A stretch of 32,000 nucleotides of DNA from Candidatus Saccharimonadota bacterium (lineage in GTDB: Bacteria; Pseudomonadota; Gammaproteobacteria; Enterobacterales; Enterobacteriaceae). The notes below the pieces were generated by a model. The model did no database searches, was not told the origin of the DNA, and worked only from the letters and a program-made list of their open reading frames with translations. The stretch is from contig NZ_CP046226.1 in assembly GCF_012562765.1 (NCBI RefSeq), positions 120,001 to 152,000 of the forward strand. The letters are read 5' to 3'. Within the stretch, counting starts at the first letter, position 1; every line of letters starts with the position of its first letter. This document shows, in pieces, positions 17,992 to 30,344 of this stretch. The translations under genes were made by a program, and so were the position numbers.

Positions 17992-18761
17992 TTATGAATC
18001 CATAATACACAAGAATTTTTATATAATTCTAAATTATTTTTAATAATATTTGTTAAATCAGAACATATTTCTTTTTCATAAAGAAAATCACGAATCCAAA
18101 AAAAAACTGTAAGATTTATTGAAATATTATTAATTTCATCTAAAATAATAACAATTTTAGAATTTTTAATTATTCTTTGATCTAAATATATTGTATCTAA
18201 TAATATTTTTTTTATCATATTTAAATCTTCACTAATTAATAATCGAGAAAGTCCTAAAGTAATTTTATTACGATATTCATGACATCGAGAAAGATTACTG
18301 ATATTATCAGATAATATTTTACCATTAGGTATCAATGTAATAATACCATCAAATGTTTTTAATTGAGTAGAAAAAACTTCTACTTTAGTTACTTGACCAC
18401 TAATATTACAAATAGTTATATAATCACCAATTTTAAATATACGAAAAGTAATAATTAATAATCCTGATGCTAAATTTGATAATGTACTTTGCCAAGCTAA
18501 ACCAATAACAACACCTATTGTACCAAAAGCAGCAATTATTGACGATGTACGTACACCAATATTACTTAATGTACTAATTAAAATAAAAATCATAATAATA
18601 TATTTTAAAATATTTGAAATAAATCCTATAGCAATAGGATCTATTTTTTTAACAACAAAAATATTAAATATAATTTTTGCAAATAAACGAATTATTAAGA
18701 ATTCAGTTAATAAAATACTACTGGATATTAATGTATGAAATAATTGATAAGGAATAAACAT
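17985..18761 (-). CDS. mscS: Small-conductance mechanosensitive channel MscS (YggB), shortened at both termini relative to E. coli
   Basis: The core is collinear with E. coli MscS: LSNLASGLLII.FR.F..GDY, VFST.L.T.DG.I..IPNGKI...NI.N.SR, INLTVFFW. At 258 aa it compares with 286 aa in E. coli. It is adjacent to fbaA-pgk, as in E. coli. Confidence 0.85.
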   Translation of the reverse strand: MFIPYQLFHTLISSSILLTEFLIIRLFAKIIFNIFVVKKIDPIAIGFISNILKYIIMIFILISTLSNIGVRTSSIIAAFGTIGVVIGLAWQSTLSNLASGLLIITFRIFKIGDYITICNISGQVTKVEVFSTQLKTFDGIITLIPNGKILSDNISNLSRCHEYRNKITLGLSRLLISEDLNMIKKILLDTIYLDQRIIKNSKIVIILDEINNISINLTVFFWIRDFLYEKEICSDLTNIIKNNLELYKNSCVLWIHNN

Positions 18762-18791
18762 TTTGTTATATATAATCCAATTTATATTAAA

Positions 18792-18814
18792 AATAATAAT
18801 AAGATATTATTATT
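18792..18814 (-). terminator. Weak terminator-like hairpin downstream of fbaA (10-bp AT-only stem, AGA loop, followed on the minus strand by UUU)
   Basis: I paired 18792-18801 with 18805-18814 by hand. The stem is AT-only and the U-tract is short. Confidence 0.2.
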
Positions 18815-18843
18815 ACTATATATGATAATTATACCAAAATATA

Positions 18844-19923
18844 TTATAATATATCAATAGCATTTAATTCTTGAAAAGTTCTTTCTAATCTTTTTCCCAT
18901 AGATATCTGAGATGCTCTAATCCATGATCTTGGATCATAATATTTTTTATTTGGTTTATTTAAACCTTCTGGATTACCTAATTGCTTTTGTAAATATTTT
19001 TTATGTTCTTTATAAAATTTTAATATTCCTTGCCAACTTGCCCATTGAGTATCTGTATCAATATTCATTTTAACTACACCATAATTTATAGATTCTTTAA
19101 TTTCTTTTTCAGAAGATCCTGAACCTCCATGAAAAACAAAATTAATAGGATTATGAGTTAAATTATGTTTTTTACTTATAAAATCTTGTGAATATTTTAA
19201 AATTTTAGGTAATAATTTTACATTTCCCGATTTATATACTCCATGAACATTACCAAATGAAGCTGCAATTATAAATTGAGAACTAATGGAATTTAATTTT
19301 TCATAAGCATAATTAACGTCTTCAGGATCAGTATATAATGTTTTTTTTTCTAAATTACTATTATCTAAACCATCTTCTTCTCCTCCTGTACAACCTAATT
19401 CTATTTCTAATGTTATATTCATTTTAGACATTCTTTTTAAATATTTACTACATATATTAATATTATCTTTTACAGAATTTTTTGATAAATCAATCATATG
19501 AGAAGAAAATAAAGGTTTACCATTTAATAAAAAATATTTTTCATTCTCATCTAATAAACCATCTATCCAAGATAAAGTTTTTTTAGCACAATGATCTGTA
19601 TGTAATATTACTGGTATTCCATAATATTGAGCAATTTTATGTACATGATGTGCACCAGATACGGCACCTATAATAGATGCTAATTGAGAATTTTGAATTT
19701 GTAATTTTTTACCTGCAATAAAAGAAGCACCACCAATAGAAAATTGAATAATTACTGGTGATTTAACTTTAGCTGCTGTTTCTAACACTATATTGATAGA
19801 ATCAGTACCTATGCAATTTATTGCAGGTAAAGCGAATTTATTTTCTTTTGCTATTTTAAATATAGTTTGTACATCATGACTAACAACAACACCTGGTTTT
19901 ACATAATTTAAAATTTTAGACAT
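18844..19923 (-). CDS. fbaA: Fructose-bisphosphate aldolase, class II
   Basis: It is 359 aa, as in E. coli FbaA. VKPGV, FALPA.NC.GTDS.N, PVI.QFS.GGA.F.AGK, VILHTDHCAKK.L.W.DGLL, LEIELG.TGGEEDG, ASFGNVHGVYK.GNV.L.P.IL, FVFHGGSGS and VKMNIDTDTQWA all match. Confidence 0.95.
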   Translation of the reverse strand: MSKILNYVKPGVVVSHDVQTIFKIAKENKFALPAINCIGTDSINIVLETAAKVKSPVIIQFSIGGASFIAGKKLQIQNSQLASIIGAVSGAHHVHKIAQYYGIPVILHTDHCAKKTLSWIDGLLDENEKYFLLNGKPLFSSHMIDLSKNSVKDNINICSKYLKRMSKMNITLEIELGCTGGEEDGLDNSNLEKKTLYTDPEDVNYAYEKLNSISSQFIIAASFGNVHGVYKSGNVKLLPKILKYSQDFISKKHNLTHNPINFVFHGGSGSSEKEIKESINYGVVKMNIDTDTQWASWQGILKFYKEHKKYLQKQLGNPEGLNKPNKKYYDPRSWIRASQISMGKRLERTFQELNAIDIL

Positions 19924-19963
19924 ATAATACTTTGCCTTATTATTGATTAATATTTATCTAATA

Positions 19964-21160
19964 CTAATTTTTTAAATTATCAAAATGGATAGAATTAATA
20001 TTCTGATATTTTTTTAACATAGATACTGAAGGTAATTTTTTACCTTCTACAAAATTTAAAAACGATCCTCCTCCTGTTGAAATATATGAAATTTTATTAA
20101 ATAAATTAAATAATTCTATTGCAGCTAATGTATCTCCTCCTCCTGCAATAGAAAATGCATCACTATCAGCAATAGTATTTGCTATAATTTTTGTTCCTTC
20201 ACTAAACTTTATTAATTCAAAAACTCCTACAGGTCCATTCCATAATATAGTTTTTGCTTTATGTAAAATATCTATTATAATTTTTATAGTATTTTCACCA
20301 ATATCCATGATCATTTCATTAAATGATATATTATTAATTTTTTTTGTTTTAACTGATGTATTTTTTGAAAATGATGTTCCTACTTTACAATCTATAGGAA
20401 TAATAATATTATTATATTTTTCCTTTAATTTTTTTGCTAAAATTAAAGCATTAGGTTCATATAATGATTGACCAATATTATTATTTATTGCTAAAAATGT
20501 ATTGGCTATGCCACCTCCAACAATAATGTTATCTGATAATTTAGCTAATTTATTTAATACATTAAATTTAGTTGAGATTTTTGATCCTCCAACAATAGAA
20601 ATAATAGGATGATTAGGTTTTTTAAAAATCTTATTTAAATTATTTAATTCATTTATTAATAATAAACCTGCACAAGATTTATTTGCATATTTTATTACTC
20701 CATAAGTAGAAGAATGTTTTCGGTGTGATGTTGCAAATGCATCCATTACAAATATGTCACATAATGAAGCATATTTTTTAGATAGTTCTTCATTATTATT
20801 TTTTTCACCTATATTAAAACGAACATTTTCTAACATTATTATTTCATTTTTTTTAAAATTTAATTTATTCAAATAATCTTTTTGTAATTTAACTTTATAA
20901 TTTAAAATTTTTTCTAAATATTGACTAATATTTTTTAAAGAGAATATATTATTATATTTTCCTTCAATAGGCCTACCTAAATGTGAAGCTATAATAATTT
21001 TAGCACCTTTACTTATAGCATATTTTATAGTTGGTAATGATAAACGAATTCTAATATCAGAAATTATATTTCCTTGAGGATCAATAGGAACATTAAGATC
21101 AGATCTAATTAATAATATTTTATTTTTAATATCAATATCTAAAATTGATAATATAGACAT
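19964..21160 (-). CDS. pgk: Phosphoglycerate kinase
   Basis: R.DLNVP, SHLGRP, LEN.RFN.GE, DAF.T.HR, IVGGSK.STK, GGGIANTF, G.VGVFE, FSIAGGGD and STGGG.FL.F.EGK..P all match E. coli Pgk. It has a short C-terminal extension (about 10 aa) relative to E. coli. Confidence 0.94.
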   Translation of the reverse strand: MSILSILDIDIKNKILLIRSDLNVPIDPQGNIISDIRIRLSLPTIKYAISKGAKIIIASHLGRPIEGKYNNIFSLKNISQYLEKILNYKVKLQKDYLNKLNFKKNEIIMLENVRFNIGEKNNNEELSKKYASLCDIFVMDAFATSHRKHSSTYGVIKYANKSCAGLLLINELNNLNKIFKKPNHPIISIVGGSKISTKFNVLNKLAKLSDNIIVGGGIANTFLAINNNIGQSLYEPNALILAKKLKEKYNNIIIPIDCKVGTSFSKNTSVKTKKINNISFNEMIMDIGENTIKIIIDILHKAKTILWNGPVGVFELIKFSEGTKIIANTIADSDAFSIAGGGDTLAAIELFNLFNKISYISTGGGSFLNFVEGKKLPSVSMLKKYQNINSIHFDNLKN

Positions 21161-21177
21161 ATTTTAAAATCCTTTAT

Positions 21178-23187
21178 TTAATTAATTGTTTTTAAAAGAT
21201 CTTGAATTTTTAAAATTATGTTTTCTACTGTAAAACCAAATTTTTTAAATAATATTTCAGCAGGAGCTGAATAACCAAATCTATCTATTCCTATAACAAT
21301 ACCTTTTAAACCTACATATTTATACCAAAAATCAGATTGACCAGCTTCAATTGCTATTCTTAATTTAATATTTTTTGGTAATACATAATTTTTATATTCA
21401 TTATTTTGTTTTTCAAAAATATCTGTAGAAGGCATAGAAACAACTCTAATTTTATATTTTAATTTAGATAATTGATTATATGCTTCTACAGCTAAATAAA
21501 CTTCTGAACCTGTTGCTATTAAAATAATATCAGGTTTTTGTTCTAAACAATCTTTTAATATATAACCACCATGAGTAATATATGTTATTTTATTTTTATT
21601 TCTAATTTGTGCTGGTAAATTTTGACGTGATAATATTAATGCAGTTGGATTATTAATATTTTCAATTGCATATTTCCATGCAATAGCTGTTTCTAATTGA
21701 TCACATGGACGCCAAACACTTAAATTTGGAATTAATCTTAAACTAGATAATTGTTCTATTGGTTGATGAGTAGGTCCGTCTTCACCTACTCCAATAGAAT
21801 CATGAGTATAAATCATTATATTCCTAATTTTCATTAATGCAGCCATACGAATTGCATTACGACAATAATCAGAAAATGTTAAAAAAGTTGCTGTATATGG
21901 AATAAATCCTCTATATAAAGAAATACCATTAGCTATAGCAATCATACCAAACTCTCTTACTCCATAATGAATATAATTTCCACATGTAGATTTATTTATA
22001 GCTTTAGATTCTGAACATAAAGTTAAATTACTAGAAGCTAAATCAGCAGAACCTCCTAAAAATTCTGGTAATATTTTTGAAAAAAATTCTAAACATTCTT
22101 GTGATGCTTGACGTGTAGATATATCAATAGGATTTTTATACAATTTTTGAATAAATTTTTTTAATTTAATATTCCAATTATTAGGTAATAAATTATTAAT
22201 TCTTCTTTTTAATTCTTTAGCTAATTCTGGAAATATATTAGAATAATCATTAAATTTATTTATCCATTTTAATTCTTTTAAATTTCCAATATCTTTAGCA
22301 TTCCATTTGTCATAAATTGATTCTGGTATTTCAAAAGGTTTATAATGCCAATTTAATTTTTTTCTAGTTAATTCAATTTCTATTTCTCCTAAAGGAGAAC
22401 CATGTGATATATTTTTTCCAGATTTATTAGGAGAACCAAAAGCAATAGTTGTATTACAAATTAATAAAAATGGTTTTTCTTCTATAGAAGATTTAGCTTT
22501 ATCAATAGCTTGTTGTATCTCTTTATAATCATGTCCGTTTATATTAGGAATAACATTCCATCCATATGATTCAAATCTTTTTTTAGTATCATCAGTAAAC
22601 CATCCATGAATATTACCATCAATAGATATACCATTATTATCATAGAAAACTATTAATTTTTTTAATTTTAATGTACCTGCTAAAGAACATACTTCATGAG
22701 ATATTCCTTCCATTAAACAACCATCACCTATAAATACATAAGTGTAGTGATTAATTATATCATAATTTGGTTTATTAAATTGTGATGCTAATATTTTTTC
22801 AGCTATAGCCATACCTACAGCATTAGCTAATCCTTGACCTAATGGTCCTGTAGTAGTTTCTATACATGGTGTACATCCAAATTCTGGATGTCCTGGAGTT
22901 TTAGAATTTAATTTCCTAAAATTTTTTAATTCTGATATTTTTAAATCATATCCAGTCAAATGTAATAAACTATAAATTAACATTGAACTATGACCATTAG
23001 ATAATATAAATCTATCACGATTTATCCATAAAGGATTTCCAGGATTATGATTTAAATAATCACGCCATAATACTTCTGCTATATCAGCCATTCCCATAGG
23101 AGCGCCAGGATGACCAGAATTAGATTTTTGTATAGCATCTATACTTAGTATACGAATAGCATTAGCAAGTTCTTTTCGAGAAGACAT
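21178..23187 (-). CDS. tkt: Transketolase
   Basis: [100 protein letters not shown] and [15 protein letters not shown] match E. coli transketolase. At 669 aa it compares with 663-667 aa in E. coli TktA/B. Confidence 0.95.
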   Translation of the reverse strand: MSSRKELANAIRILSIDAIQKSNSGHPGAPMGMADIAEVLWRDYLNHNPGNPLWINRDRFILSNGHSSMLIYSLLHLTGYDLKISELKNFRKLNSKTPGHPEFGCTPCIETTTGPLGQGLANAVGMAIAEKILASQFNKPNYDIINHYTYVFIGDGCLMEGISHEVCSLAGTLKLKKLIVFYDNNGISIDGNIHGWFTDDTKKRFESYGWNVIPNINGHDYKEIQQAIDKAKSSIEEKPFLLICNTTIAFGSPNKSGKNISHGSPLGEIEIELTRKKLNWHYKPFEIPESIYDKWNAKDIGNLKELKWINKFNDYSNIFPELAKELKRRINNLLPNNWNIKLKKFIQKLYKNPIDISTRQASQECLEFFSKILPEFLGGSADLASSNLTLCSESKAINKSTCGNYIHYGVREFGMIAIANGISLYRGFIPYTATFLTFSDYCRNAIRMAALMKIRNIMIYTHDSIGVGEDGPTHQPIEQLSSLRLIPNLSVWRPCDQLETAIAWKYAIENINNPTALILSRQNLPAQIRNKNKITYITHGGYILKDCLEQKPDIILIATGSEVYLAVEAYNQLSKLKYKIRVVSMPSTDIFEKQNNEYKNYVLPKNIKLRIAIEAGQSDFWYKYVGLKGIVIGIDRFGYSAPAEILFKKFGFTVENIILKIQDLLKTIN

Positions 23188-23450
23188 TATTCATGACTCC
23201 TAAATAATTATTTTTGTTTAAAAAATAAATTTTAAATTAATAATTTAATTTATAAAAATTATTTCATATAAAATAAATATATACTTAAATAATATTAAAA
23301 TCTATTTATTATATTTTTAAAAAATTAGATTAATTATTTTAATTAATATAATATTAATAATTAATTTTGATTAATAATATATTATTTCAAAATAATATTT
23401 ATTAAAATCATTAAAATTAAATTAAATTTAATAATTAAAAAAGGAAAATA

Positions 23451-24605
23451 ATGAGCGAATATCTTTTTACCTCAGAATCTGTCTCTGAAGGACATCCTGA
23501 TAAAATGGCAGATCAAATTTCTGATGCTATATTAGATGCTATAATTAAACAAGATATAAAAGCACGTGTTGCATGTGAAACATATATTAAAACTGGAATA
23601 GTACTAATTGGAGGAGAAATAACTACTACTGCAATAATAGATATAGAAAAAATAATAAGAAAAACAATAAAAGAAATAGGATATACTAATTCAAATATGG
23701 GATTTGATTATAATTCTTGTGCTATATTAAATAATTTAGGAAAACAATCTGAAGATATCTATAAAGGAATATTTAATAAAAATGGTTTAATAAAAGGTGC
23801 AGGAGATCAAGGATTAGTGTTTGGATATGCAACTAATGAAACAGAAAATTTTATGCCTGCACCAATAACTTATGCTCATCGTTTAGTATATAAACAATCT
23901 GAAGTAAGAAAAAATGGAATTTTACCATGGTTAAGACCAGATGCTAAAAGTCAAGTTACTTTTAAATATAAAAATAATAAGATCTTAGGAATAGAAACAG
24001 TAGTTTTATCTACTCAATGTTCAGAAGATATATCATATAAAAAATTACAAGAAGCAGTAATGGAAGAAATTATTAAACCAGTATTACCTAATATATGGTT
24101 ACATAAAAATACAAAATTTTTAATTAATCCTGCTGGTCGTTTTATAATTGGTGGTCCAATGGCAGATTGTGGATTAACAGGACGTAAAATTATTGTAGAT
24201 ACATATGGTGGTATGGCAAGACATGGCGGTGGGTCCTTTTCAGGAAAAGATCCTTCAAAAGTAGATAGATCTGCAGCGTATATAGCAAGATATATAGCAA
24301 AAAATATAGTTGCTTCTTCTTTAGCATCACGTTGTGAAATTCAAATAGCTTATGTAATTGGTATTTCTAAACCTATATCTTTAATGGTAGAAACATTTGG
24401 AACTGGTAAAATTTCTAATGAAAAATTAACTTTAATAATACAAGAATTATTTGATTTAAGACCTTTTAATATAATTAAGATGTTAAATCTTTTAAATCCA
24501 ATATATAAAAAAACATCTTCTTACGGACATTTCGGAAGAAATATTTTTACATGGGAAAAAATAGATAAAATTAATGAATTACTAGAAAAATCTGGTATTC
24601 AATAA
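23451..24605 (+). CDS. metK: S-adenosylmethionine synthase
   Basis: It is 384 aa, as in E. coli. [95 protein letters not shown] match. An AAGGA Shine-Dalgarno sequence lies about 6 nt upstream of the ATG. Confidence 0.96.
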   Translation: MSEYLFTSESVSEGHPDKMADQISDAILDAIIKQDIKARVACETYIKTGIVLIGGEITTTAIIDIEKIIRKTIKEIGYTNSNMGFDYNSCAILNNLGKQSEDIYKGIFNKNGLIKGAGDQGLVFGYATNETENFMPAPITYAHRLVYKQSEVRKNGILPWLRPDAKSQVTFKYKNNKILGIETVVLSTQCSEDISYKKLQEAVMEEIIKPVLPNIWLHKNTKFLINPAGRFIIGGPMADCGLTGRKIIVDTYGGMARHGGGSFSGKDPSKVDRSAAYIARYIAKNIVASSLASRCEIQIAYVIGISKPISLMVETFGTGKISNEKLTLIIQELFDLRPFNIIKMLNLLNPIYKKTSSYGHFGRNIFTWEKIDKINELLEKSGIQ

Positions 24606-24617
24606 TTTTACTATTAT

Positions 24618-24636
24618 CAATAAATATTATTGTTTT
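24618..24636 (+). terminator. Weak intrinsic-terminator-like element after metK: stem CAATAA/TTATTG (6 bp, 3-nt loop) followed by TTTT; it overlaps the gyrA stop codon
   Basis: I paired 24618-24623 with 24627-24632 by hand, and there is a T4 run at 24633-24636. There is only one G-C pair. Confidence 0.25.
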
Positions 24637-27185
24637 ATAGAAATTTTTTCTAATGCTATTACTCTTTCGTTTTTATTTGTTTTTATTATAATAACTCCTT
24701 TAGTATTACGACTTACTATACATATTTCTGTAACATATGTACGTATTAAAGTTCCCATATTAGTTATTATTAATATTTGATCATTATCAGACACTTCTAT
24801 AGCATTTACTACTAGACCATTTCTTTTATTAATTTTAATAGAAATTACACCTTTAGTAGATCTTGATTTAACTGGATACTCTTTATTATTTGTTCTTTTA
24901 CCATATCCATTTTGAGTAATAGTAAGAATATCATTATTATGTTGATTATTTGAAATAACTAAAGAAACAACACTATCATTTTGAGATGAAAGTTTTATTC
25001 CTCTTACACCAGTAGATGCTCTACCCATAGATCTAACTTTTGTTTCATCAAATTTTACAACTTTACCAAAAGATGAAAATAACATTACTTTATCTTTTTT
25101 ATTTGTTATAGCAACTCCTATTAAAGTATCATTTTTTTTTAATTTTATTGCAATAATTCCATTATTTCTAGGATGGCTAAATTTATTTAAATTAGTTTTT
25201 TTAACAATTCCTTTTTTAGTTGCCATAAATAAATTTAATGTATCATTAAATTTATTTACTGTAAGTAAATTAGTAATTCTTTCATTATTTTTTAAAGGTA
25301 AAATATTAATAATTGGTCTTCCCTGTGCATATCTATTAGCTTTTGGTAAATTATATACTTTTGTCCAATATAAACGTCCTATATTAGAAAAACATAAAAG
25401 AGTATCATGTGTATTAGCTATAAGTATACGATTAATAAAATCTTTTTCTTTTATTTTAACTGCTAATTTTCCTTTACCACCTCTATGTTGAACTTCATAA
25501 TCAGATAATTTTTGATATTTAATATATCCTTGATATGATAATGTAATTATTACATCTTCAGAATTAATTAAATCTTCTGTTGTTATAAAAGATTTATTTT
25601 TAATAATTTCAGTTTTTCTTTTATCTCCAAATTCATGTTTAATATAAATTAGTTCTTTATATATTATTTTCATTAGATATTGATAATCATCAATAATTTT
25701 TACAAGTTTTGATATTTTATATATTATATTTTGATATTCTTGAAATAATTTTTTATGTTCTAAATTAGTTAATTTATGTAATTTTAAATCTAAAATAGAT
25801 TGTACTTGTTTATGACTAAAAGAATAATTATTATTAGATTGAATTAAATTTAAGTTATTAGAATAATTACTAGATTCTTTTGTTTTTTTATATTTTAAAA
25901 TAGATAATACATTATTAATATTCCATAATTTAGAATAAATTTTATTTTTTATTACTTCTATAACAGAAGAAGAACGAATAATTTCTATTATTGGTTGTAT
26001 ATTAAATAATGCTACTATTAATCCTTCTAAAATATGAGCTTTATTACTAGCTTTATTAATTTCATAATTAGTTCTACGTATTACCACTTCTCGACGATGA
26101 GAAATAAATGCTTCAATAATATTTTTTAAAGACATAATTTTAGGTTCCCCTTTATATAAGGAAACCATATTAATGGTAAAAGAAATTTGTAATGGAGTTA
26201 AAGAATATAAATTATTTAAAATTACATCTGCAGACATATCTTTTTTTATTTCTATAACAATTCTAATTCCATCTTTATCTGATTCATCTCGTAAACTTTT
26301 AATTCCATAAATTTTTTTTTCTTTAATAAGTTCTACTATTTTTTCTATTAATTTAGCTTTATTAACTTGATATGGTAATTCGTATATAATAATTGAAGCA
26401 TTATGATCATTTTTAATAATTTTACTACGTCCACGAATAAAAATTTTTCCTTTTCCTGTAATATAAGCTTTTTCAATACCATTAAAATCATTTATAATTC
26501 CTGATGTAGGAAAATCAGGACCTATAATATATTTCATTAATTCTTTAATAGAAATATTTTCATTTTTTATATAAGCTAAACATGCATTTATAACTTCTGT
26601 AAGATTATGAGGTGGTATATTTGTGGTCATACCAACTGCTATTCCAGAAGATCCATTAATTAATAAATTAGGTATTTTTGTAGGCATTACTTCTGGAATT
26701 TTTTCTGTATTATCATAGTTAGGTAAAAAATTTACTGTTTGTTTTTCTAGATCATTAATTATTTCTTGAGCTATTTTAGTCATTCTTATTTCAGTATAAC
26801 GCATAGCTGCTGCTGAATCACCATCAATAGATCCAAAATTACCTTGTCCATCTATCAATGTGTACCTTAAAGAAAATGATTGTGCTAATCTTACTATAGT
26901 ATCATAAACAGCAGAATCTCCGTGAGGATGATATTTACCTATAACATCTCCTACAATACGTGCTGATTTTTTATAAGGTTTATTCCATGTATTACCTAAT
27001 ATATACATAGCATATAACATTCTTCTATGTACAGGTTTTAATCCATCCCTAGCATCTGGTAATGCTCTACCAACTATAACAGACATAGCATAATCTAAAT
27101 AAGAATTTTTCAATTCTTCTTCAATATTAATTGAATTAATTTCTTTAGAAAAAAAAACCATATAAATTATTTTCCTTTTAAACAT
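24627..27185 (-). CDS. gyrA: DNA gyrase subunit A. The true start is probably the internal ATG at 27161 ([18 protein letters not shown] aligns with E. coli ...REITPVNIEEELK).
   Basis: [28 protein letters not shown], a wild-type [17 protein letters not shown], the catalytic Tyr context AAAMRYTE, and a GyrA-box variant QHRGGKG are present. It is collinear with E. coli GyrA up to about residue 840 and lacks the acidic tail. Confidence 0.95.
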   Translation of the reverse strand: MFKRKIIYMVFFSKEINSINIEEELKNSYLDYAMSVIVGRALPDARDGLKPVHRRMLYAMYILGNTWNKPYKKSARIVGDVIGKYHPHGDSAVYDTIVRLAQSFSLRYTLIDGQGNFGSIDGDSAAAMRYTEIRMTKIAQEIINDLEKQTVNFLPNYDNTEKIPEVMPTKIPNLLINGSSGIAVGMTTNIPPHNLTEVINACLAYIKNENISIKELMKYIIGPDFPTSGIINDFNGIEKAYITGKGKIFIRGRSKIIKNDHNASIIIYELPYQVNKAKLIEKIVELIKEKKIYGIKSLRDESDKDGIRIVIEIKKDMSADVILNNLYSLTPLQISFTINMVSLYKGEPKIMSLKNIIEAFISHRREVVIRRTNYEINKASNKAHILEGLIVALFNIQPIIEIIRSSSVIEVIKNKIYSKLWNINNVLSILKYKKTKESSNYSNNLNLIQSNNNYSFSHKQVQSILDLKLHKLTNLEHKKLFQEYQNIIYKISKLVKIIDDYQYLMKIIYKELIYIKHEFGDKRKTEIIKNKSFITTEDLINSEDVIITLSYQGYIKYQKLSDYEVQHRGGKGKLAVKIKEKDFINRILIANTHDTLLCFSNIGRLYWTKVYNLPKANRYAQGRPIINILPLKNNERITNLLTVNKFNDTLNLFMATKKGIVKKTNLNKFSHPRNNGIIAIKLKKNDTLIGVAITNKKDKVMLFSSFGKVVKFDETKVRSMGRASTGVRGIKLSSQNDSVVSLVISNNQHNNDILTITQNGYGKRTNNKEYPVKSRSTKGVISIKINKRNGLVVNAIEVSDNDQILIITNMGTLIRTYVTEICIVSRNTKGVIIIKTNKNERVIALEKISIKQ

Positions 27186-27394
27186 ATATTAATATATTAA
27201 TTTTAACATAATTAATTATATTCTATATAATATATTTAGAAATAATATTAACAAGATTAAAATAAAAAATTAATTATTTAATTTATTAATTGCTATTTTA
27301 TAAATATTTTTTTATTATATGAAAAATTAAAAATTATAATTATAAATTAATTATGTATTCGATTAAAATAATATTTTAAATTAATAATTATATA

Positions 27395-29806
27395 TTAATA
27401 TTTATAAATTTTTTCTAATTGAATAATTTTATTTTTAGCTAATTTAATAACTTCATTAGGAATACCTGCTAAAGAAGCAACAAATAGACCATAATTCCTA
27501 TTAATAATACCATTTTTTAATGAATACATAAATACAATAGATTTATTAGATTCTATAGCATCAAAATAAACATTTTTTATACCCTTATTTTTTAAAGACA
27601 AATTAGTTAATTCAATATAATTAGTAGAAAATAATGTCATTGATTTTATTTTTTGTGCAAGATTTTCAGCACAAGCCCATGCAATAGATAATCCATCATA
27701 TGTAGATGTACCTCTACCTATTTCATCCATTAATACTAAACTATATTTATTAGCATTTCTTAAAATATTTGCTGTTTCAATCATTTCTATCATAAAAGTA
27801 GATAAACCAGAAGAAATATCATCCATAGATCCAATTCGTGTAAATATACGATCTATTGGTCCAATAATTGCTTTATCAGCAGGTATATAACTACCTATAT
27901 ATGCCATTAAAATAATTAATGCAATTTGACGCATATAAGTACTTTTACCGCCCATATTAGGACCAGTAATTATTAACATATGATTTTTAGGAGTTAATAA
28001 TAAATTATTAGGAATAAATTGATCTTTAAGAATATTTTCTACGACAGGATGACGAGAATTTTCTAAAAATAATCCTAACTTATTACTAATAATAGGTTTA
28101 GTATAATTTAAAGTTATTGATCTTTCTGCTAAATTACATAATACATCTAATTCAGATAGCAATAAAACAATTTTTTGTAAATTTGGTAATTCAGGATAAA
28201 TGAGATCAAATAATTGATTATATAGAAATTTTTCTAAAATCAATAATTTATTTTTAGATGACAAGATGATTTCTTGATAATTTTTTAATTCAGGAATAAT
28301 ATATCTATTACAATATTTTAATGTTTGAATTTTTAAATATTTTTTAGGAAATTTTTTAATTTTTTGATTTTTAGTTATTTGAATATAATATCCATGAATA
28401 GTATTAAATCCTATTTTTAATTTTTCTATATTTAATAATTTACGTTCTTTTTTTTCTAACATAACTAAATATTCTTTAGAATTTTTAGATAATTTTCTTA
28501 ATTCATCTAAAGATTGATTATATCCTGTAGCAATAACATTTCCATCTTTTAATGAATTAGAAGGATTTTTTTTAATTGATTTTTCTAATAAAATTTTTAA
28601 TTTATTAAAAAGTCCTAAATTAAAAATTTTATTTTTAATATAACAATTATCTATAATTTTTAATTTATTATGTATTTTAGGTAAAATATGAAAAGTATTT
28701 CTTAAAGAAACTAAATCTTTAGGTTTAGATGTTCTTAATGATAATCTTGCAATTATTCGTTCAATATCATTTATATTAATTAATAATTTTTTAAAATTAG
28801 TAAAATGTTTTCTTAATTTTGCAATACTATTCTGACGATTATTAATGATATTAATATCACGAGTTGGAGAATGCAACCAACGTTTTAATAAACGACTACC
28901 CATTGCTGTACTAGTATGATCTAATATTTTTATTAAAGTATTATTTTTATTACGTGATATACTTTCTGTAATTTCAAGATTTTTTCTAGTATTTTCATCC
29001 ATTATAATTTCATTATGATAATTTTTTAATTTAATACTATTTATATGAGGTAAAAATATACGTTGTGTATCTTTGACGTATTGTATTAAACACCCAGCAG
29101 CTTTAATAGCCATTAAAGCTTTTTCAACACCAAAACTTTTTAAATTTTTAGTTTTAAATTGCATATTTAATTGTTGATTAGCAGTTTCAAGATCAAATTC
29201 CCATATAGGTCTACGCCTAATACAATTTCTTTTTTCTATCAATTTCATATATTGAAAATTTTCTGGATATAATAATTCAACAGGATTGGTTTTTTGTAAT
29301 TCACCAGATATTACATCATAATTTTTACTTTCCATAATTCTAAAATTTCCAGAACTCATATTTAAAGTTGCATATCCAAATCCATGATCTATTTCTTGCC
29401 ATATAGATGCTAATAAATTATCTTGATTATTTTTTAATAAAATATCATCACTTACTGTTCCAGGAGTAATAACACGTACAATTTTACGTTCTAATATCTT
29501 ATTAGAAGTTCTATTAATATTATTAATTTGTTCACAAATAGCTACTGATTCACCTAAATTAATTAATTTTGATAAGTAATTATCTAAACTATGATATGGT
29601 ATACCTGCCATAGGTATTGGTTTTCCATTTAATATACCTCTTTTAGTAAGAATAATATTAAGCATTTTAGATGCTTTTTTAGCATCTTCAAAAAACATTT
29701 CATAAAAATCACCCATACGATAAAATAATAAAATATTGGGATATTGATTTTTTATTTTGAAATATTGTTTCATTATAGGAGTATATTTAATATTTTTTGT
29801 GTTCAT
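27395..29806 (-). CDS. mutS: DNA mismatch repair protein MutS, lacking the C-terminal ~50 aa present in E. coli
   Basis: [26 protein letters not shown] (the mismatch-binding Phe-X-Glu is retained), Walker [16 protein letters not shown], Walker [22 protein letters not shown], and GIPNEVIK.A match E. coli MutS. At 803 aa it compares with 853 aa in E. coli. Confidence 0.94.
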   Translation of the reverse strand: MNTKNIKYTPIMKQYFKIKNQYPNILLFYRMGDFYEMFFEDAKKASKMLNIILTKRGILNGKPIPMAGIPYHSLDNYLSKLINLGESVAICEQINNINRTSNKILERKIVRVITPGTVSDDILLKNNQDNLLASIWQEIDHGFGYATLNMSSGNFRIMESKNYDVISGELQKTNPVELLYPENFQYMKLIEKRNCIRRRPIWEFDLETANQQLNMQFKTKNLKSFGVEKALMAIKAAGCLIQYVKDTQRIFLPHINSIKLKNYHNEIIMDENTRKNLEITESISRNKNNTLIKILDHTSTAMGSRLLKRWLHSPTRDINIINNRQNSIAKLRKHFTNFKKLLININDIERIIARLSLRTSKPKDLVSLRNTFHILPKIHNKLKIIDNCYIKNKIFNLGLFNKLKILLEKSIKKNPSNSLKDGNVIATGYNQSLDELRKLSKNSKEYLVMLEKKERKLLNIEKLKIGFNTIHGYYIQITKNQKIKKFPKKYLKIQTLKYCNRYIIPELKNYQEIILSSKNKLLILEKFLYNQLFDLIYPELPNLQKIVLLLSELDVLCNLAERSITLNYTKPIISNKLGLFLENSRHPVVENILKDQFIPNNLLLTPKNHMLIITGPNMGGKSTYMRQIALIILMAYIGSYIPADKAIIGPIDRIFTRIGSMDDISSGLSTFMIEMIETANILRNANKYSLVLMDEIGRGTSTYDGLSIAWACAENLAQKIKSMTLFSTNYIELTNLSLKNKGIKNVYFDAIESNKSIVFMYSLKNGIINRNYGLFVASLAGIPNEVIKLAKNKIIQLEKIYKY

Positions 29807-30344
29807 TATTATTTCAAATTTTATAATATTTTATATTAAATATATAATAAAATCATATAATTTAAATAGTAGTTTATATAATTTATATTAAAATAAAAAT
29901 TTTTAATAAAATTTTATTATTAAGATTAATTATTTTAATAATATTAGATAGGAATATACAAAATATTTTTATATAATCTTATTATTTAATGATAAAGTAA
30001 ATAATAAATTAATAAAGTTTATATTTTATTAAAATTATAATATAAAATATTTAATAATATTTATTAATAATAAATTGTTTTTTTTTATATAGTGATTATT
30101 AACTGTATACTTATAAATCTTATTATAAATAATAGATTATTAATAATTATTTCTAAAAAGATTAGAAATTTATGCTAGTTAAATTTTTTCTTATAAAATA
30201 TGACATAAAGATAAAAAAATATTAAATATTTTATTTAAAAATAAATTTAAAATTATTAAAATATAAAATTATTTTATTAAACAAAATTATAAATATCTTT
30301 AATAATTTATTATTATAATTATTTAATTTTTATATATATAAAAT

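Noticed and set aside
23188-23450. Search for MetJ boxes (AGACGTCT-like) or an S-box upstream of metK
   Set aside because: No such motif is present. The region contains almost no G or C, so there is nothing to report beyond ordinary divergent promoter space for tkt and metK.
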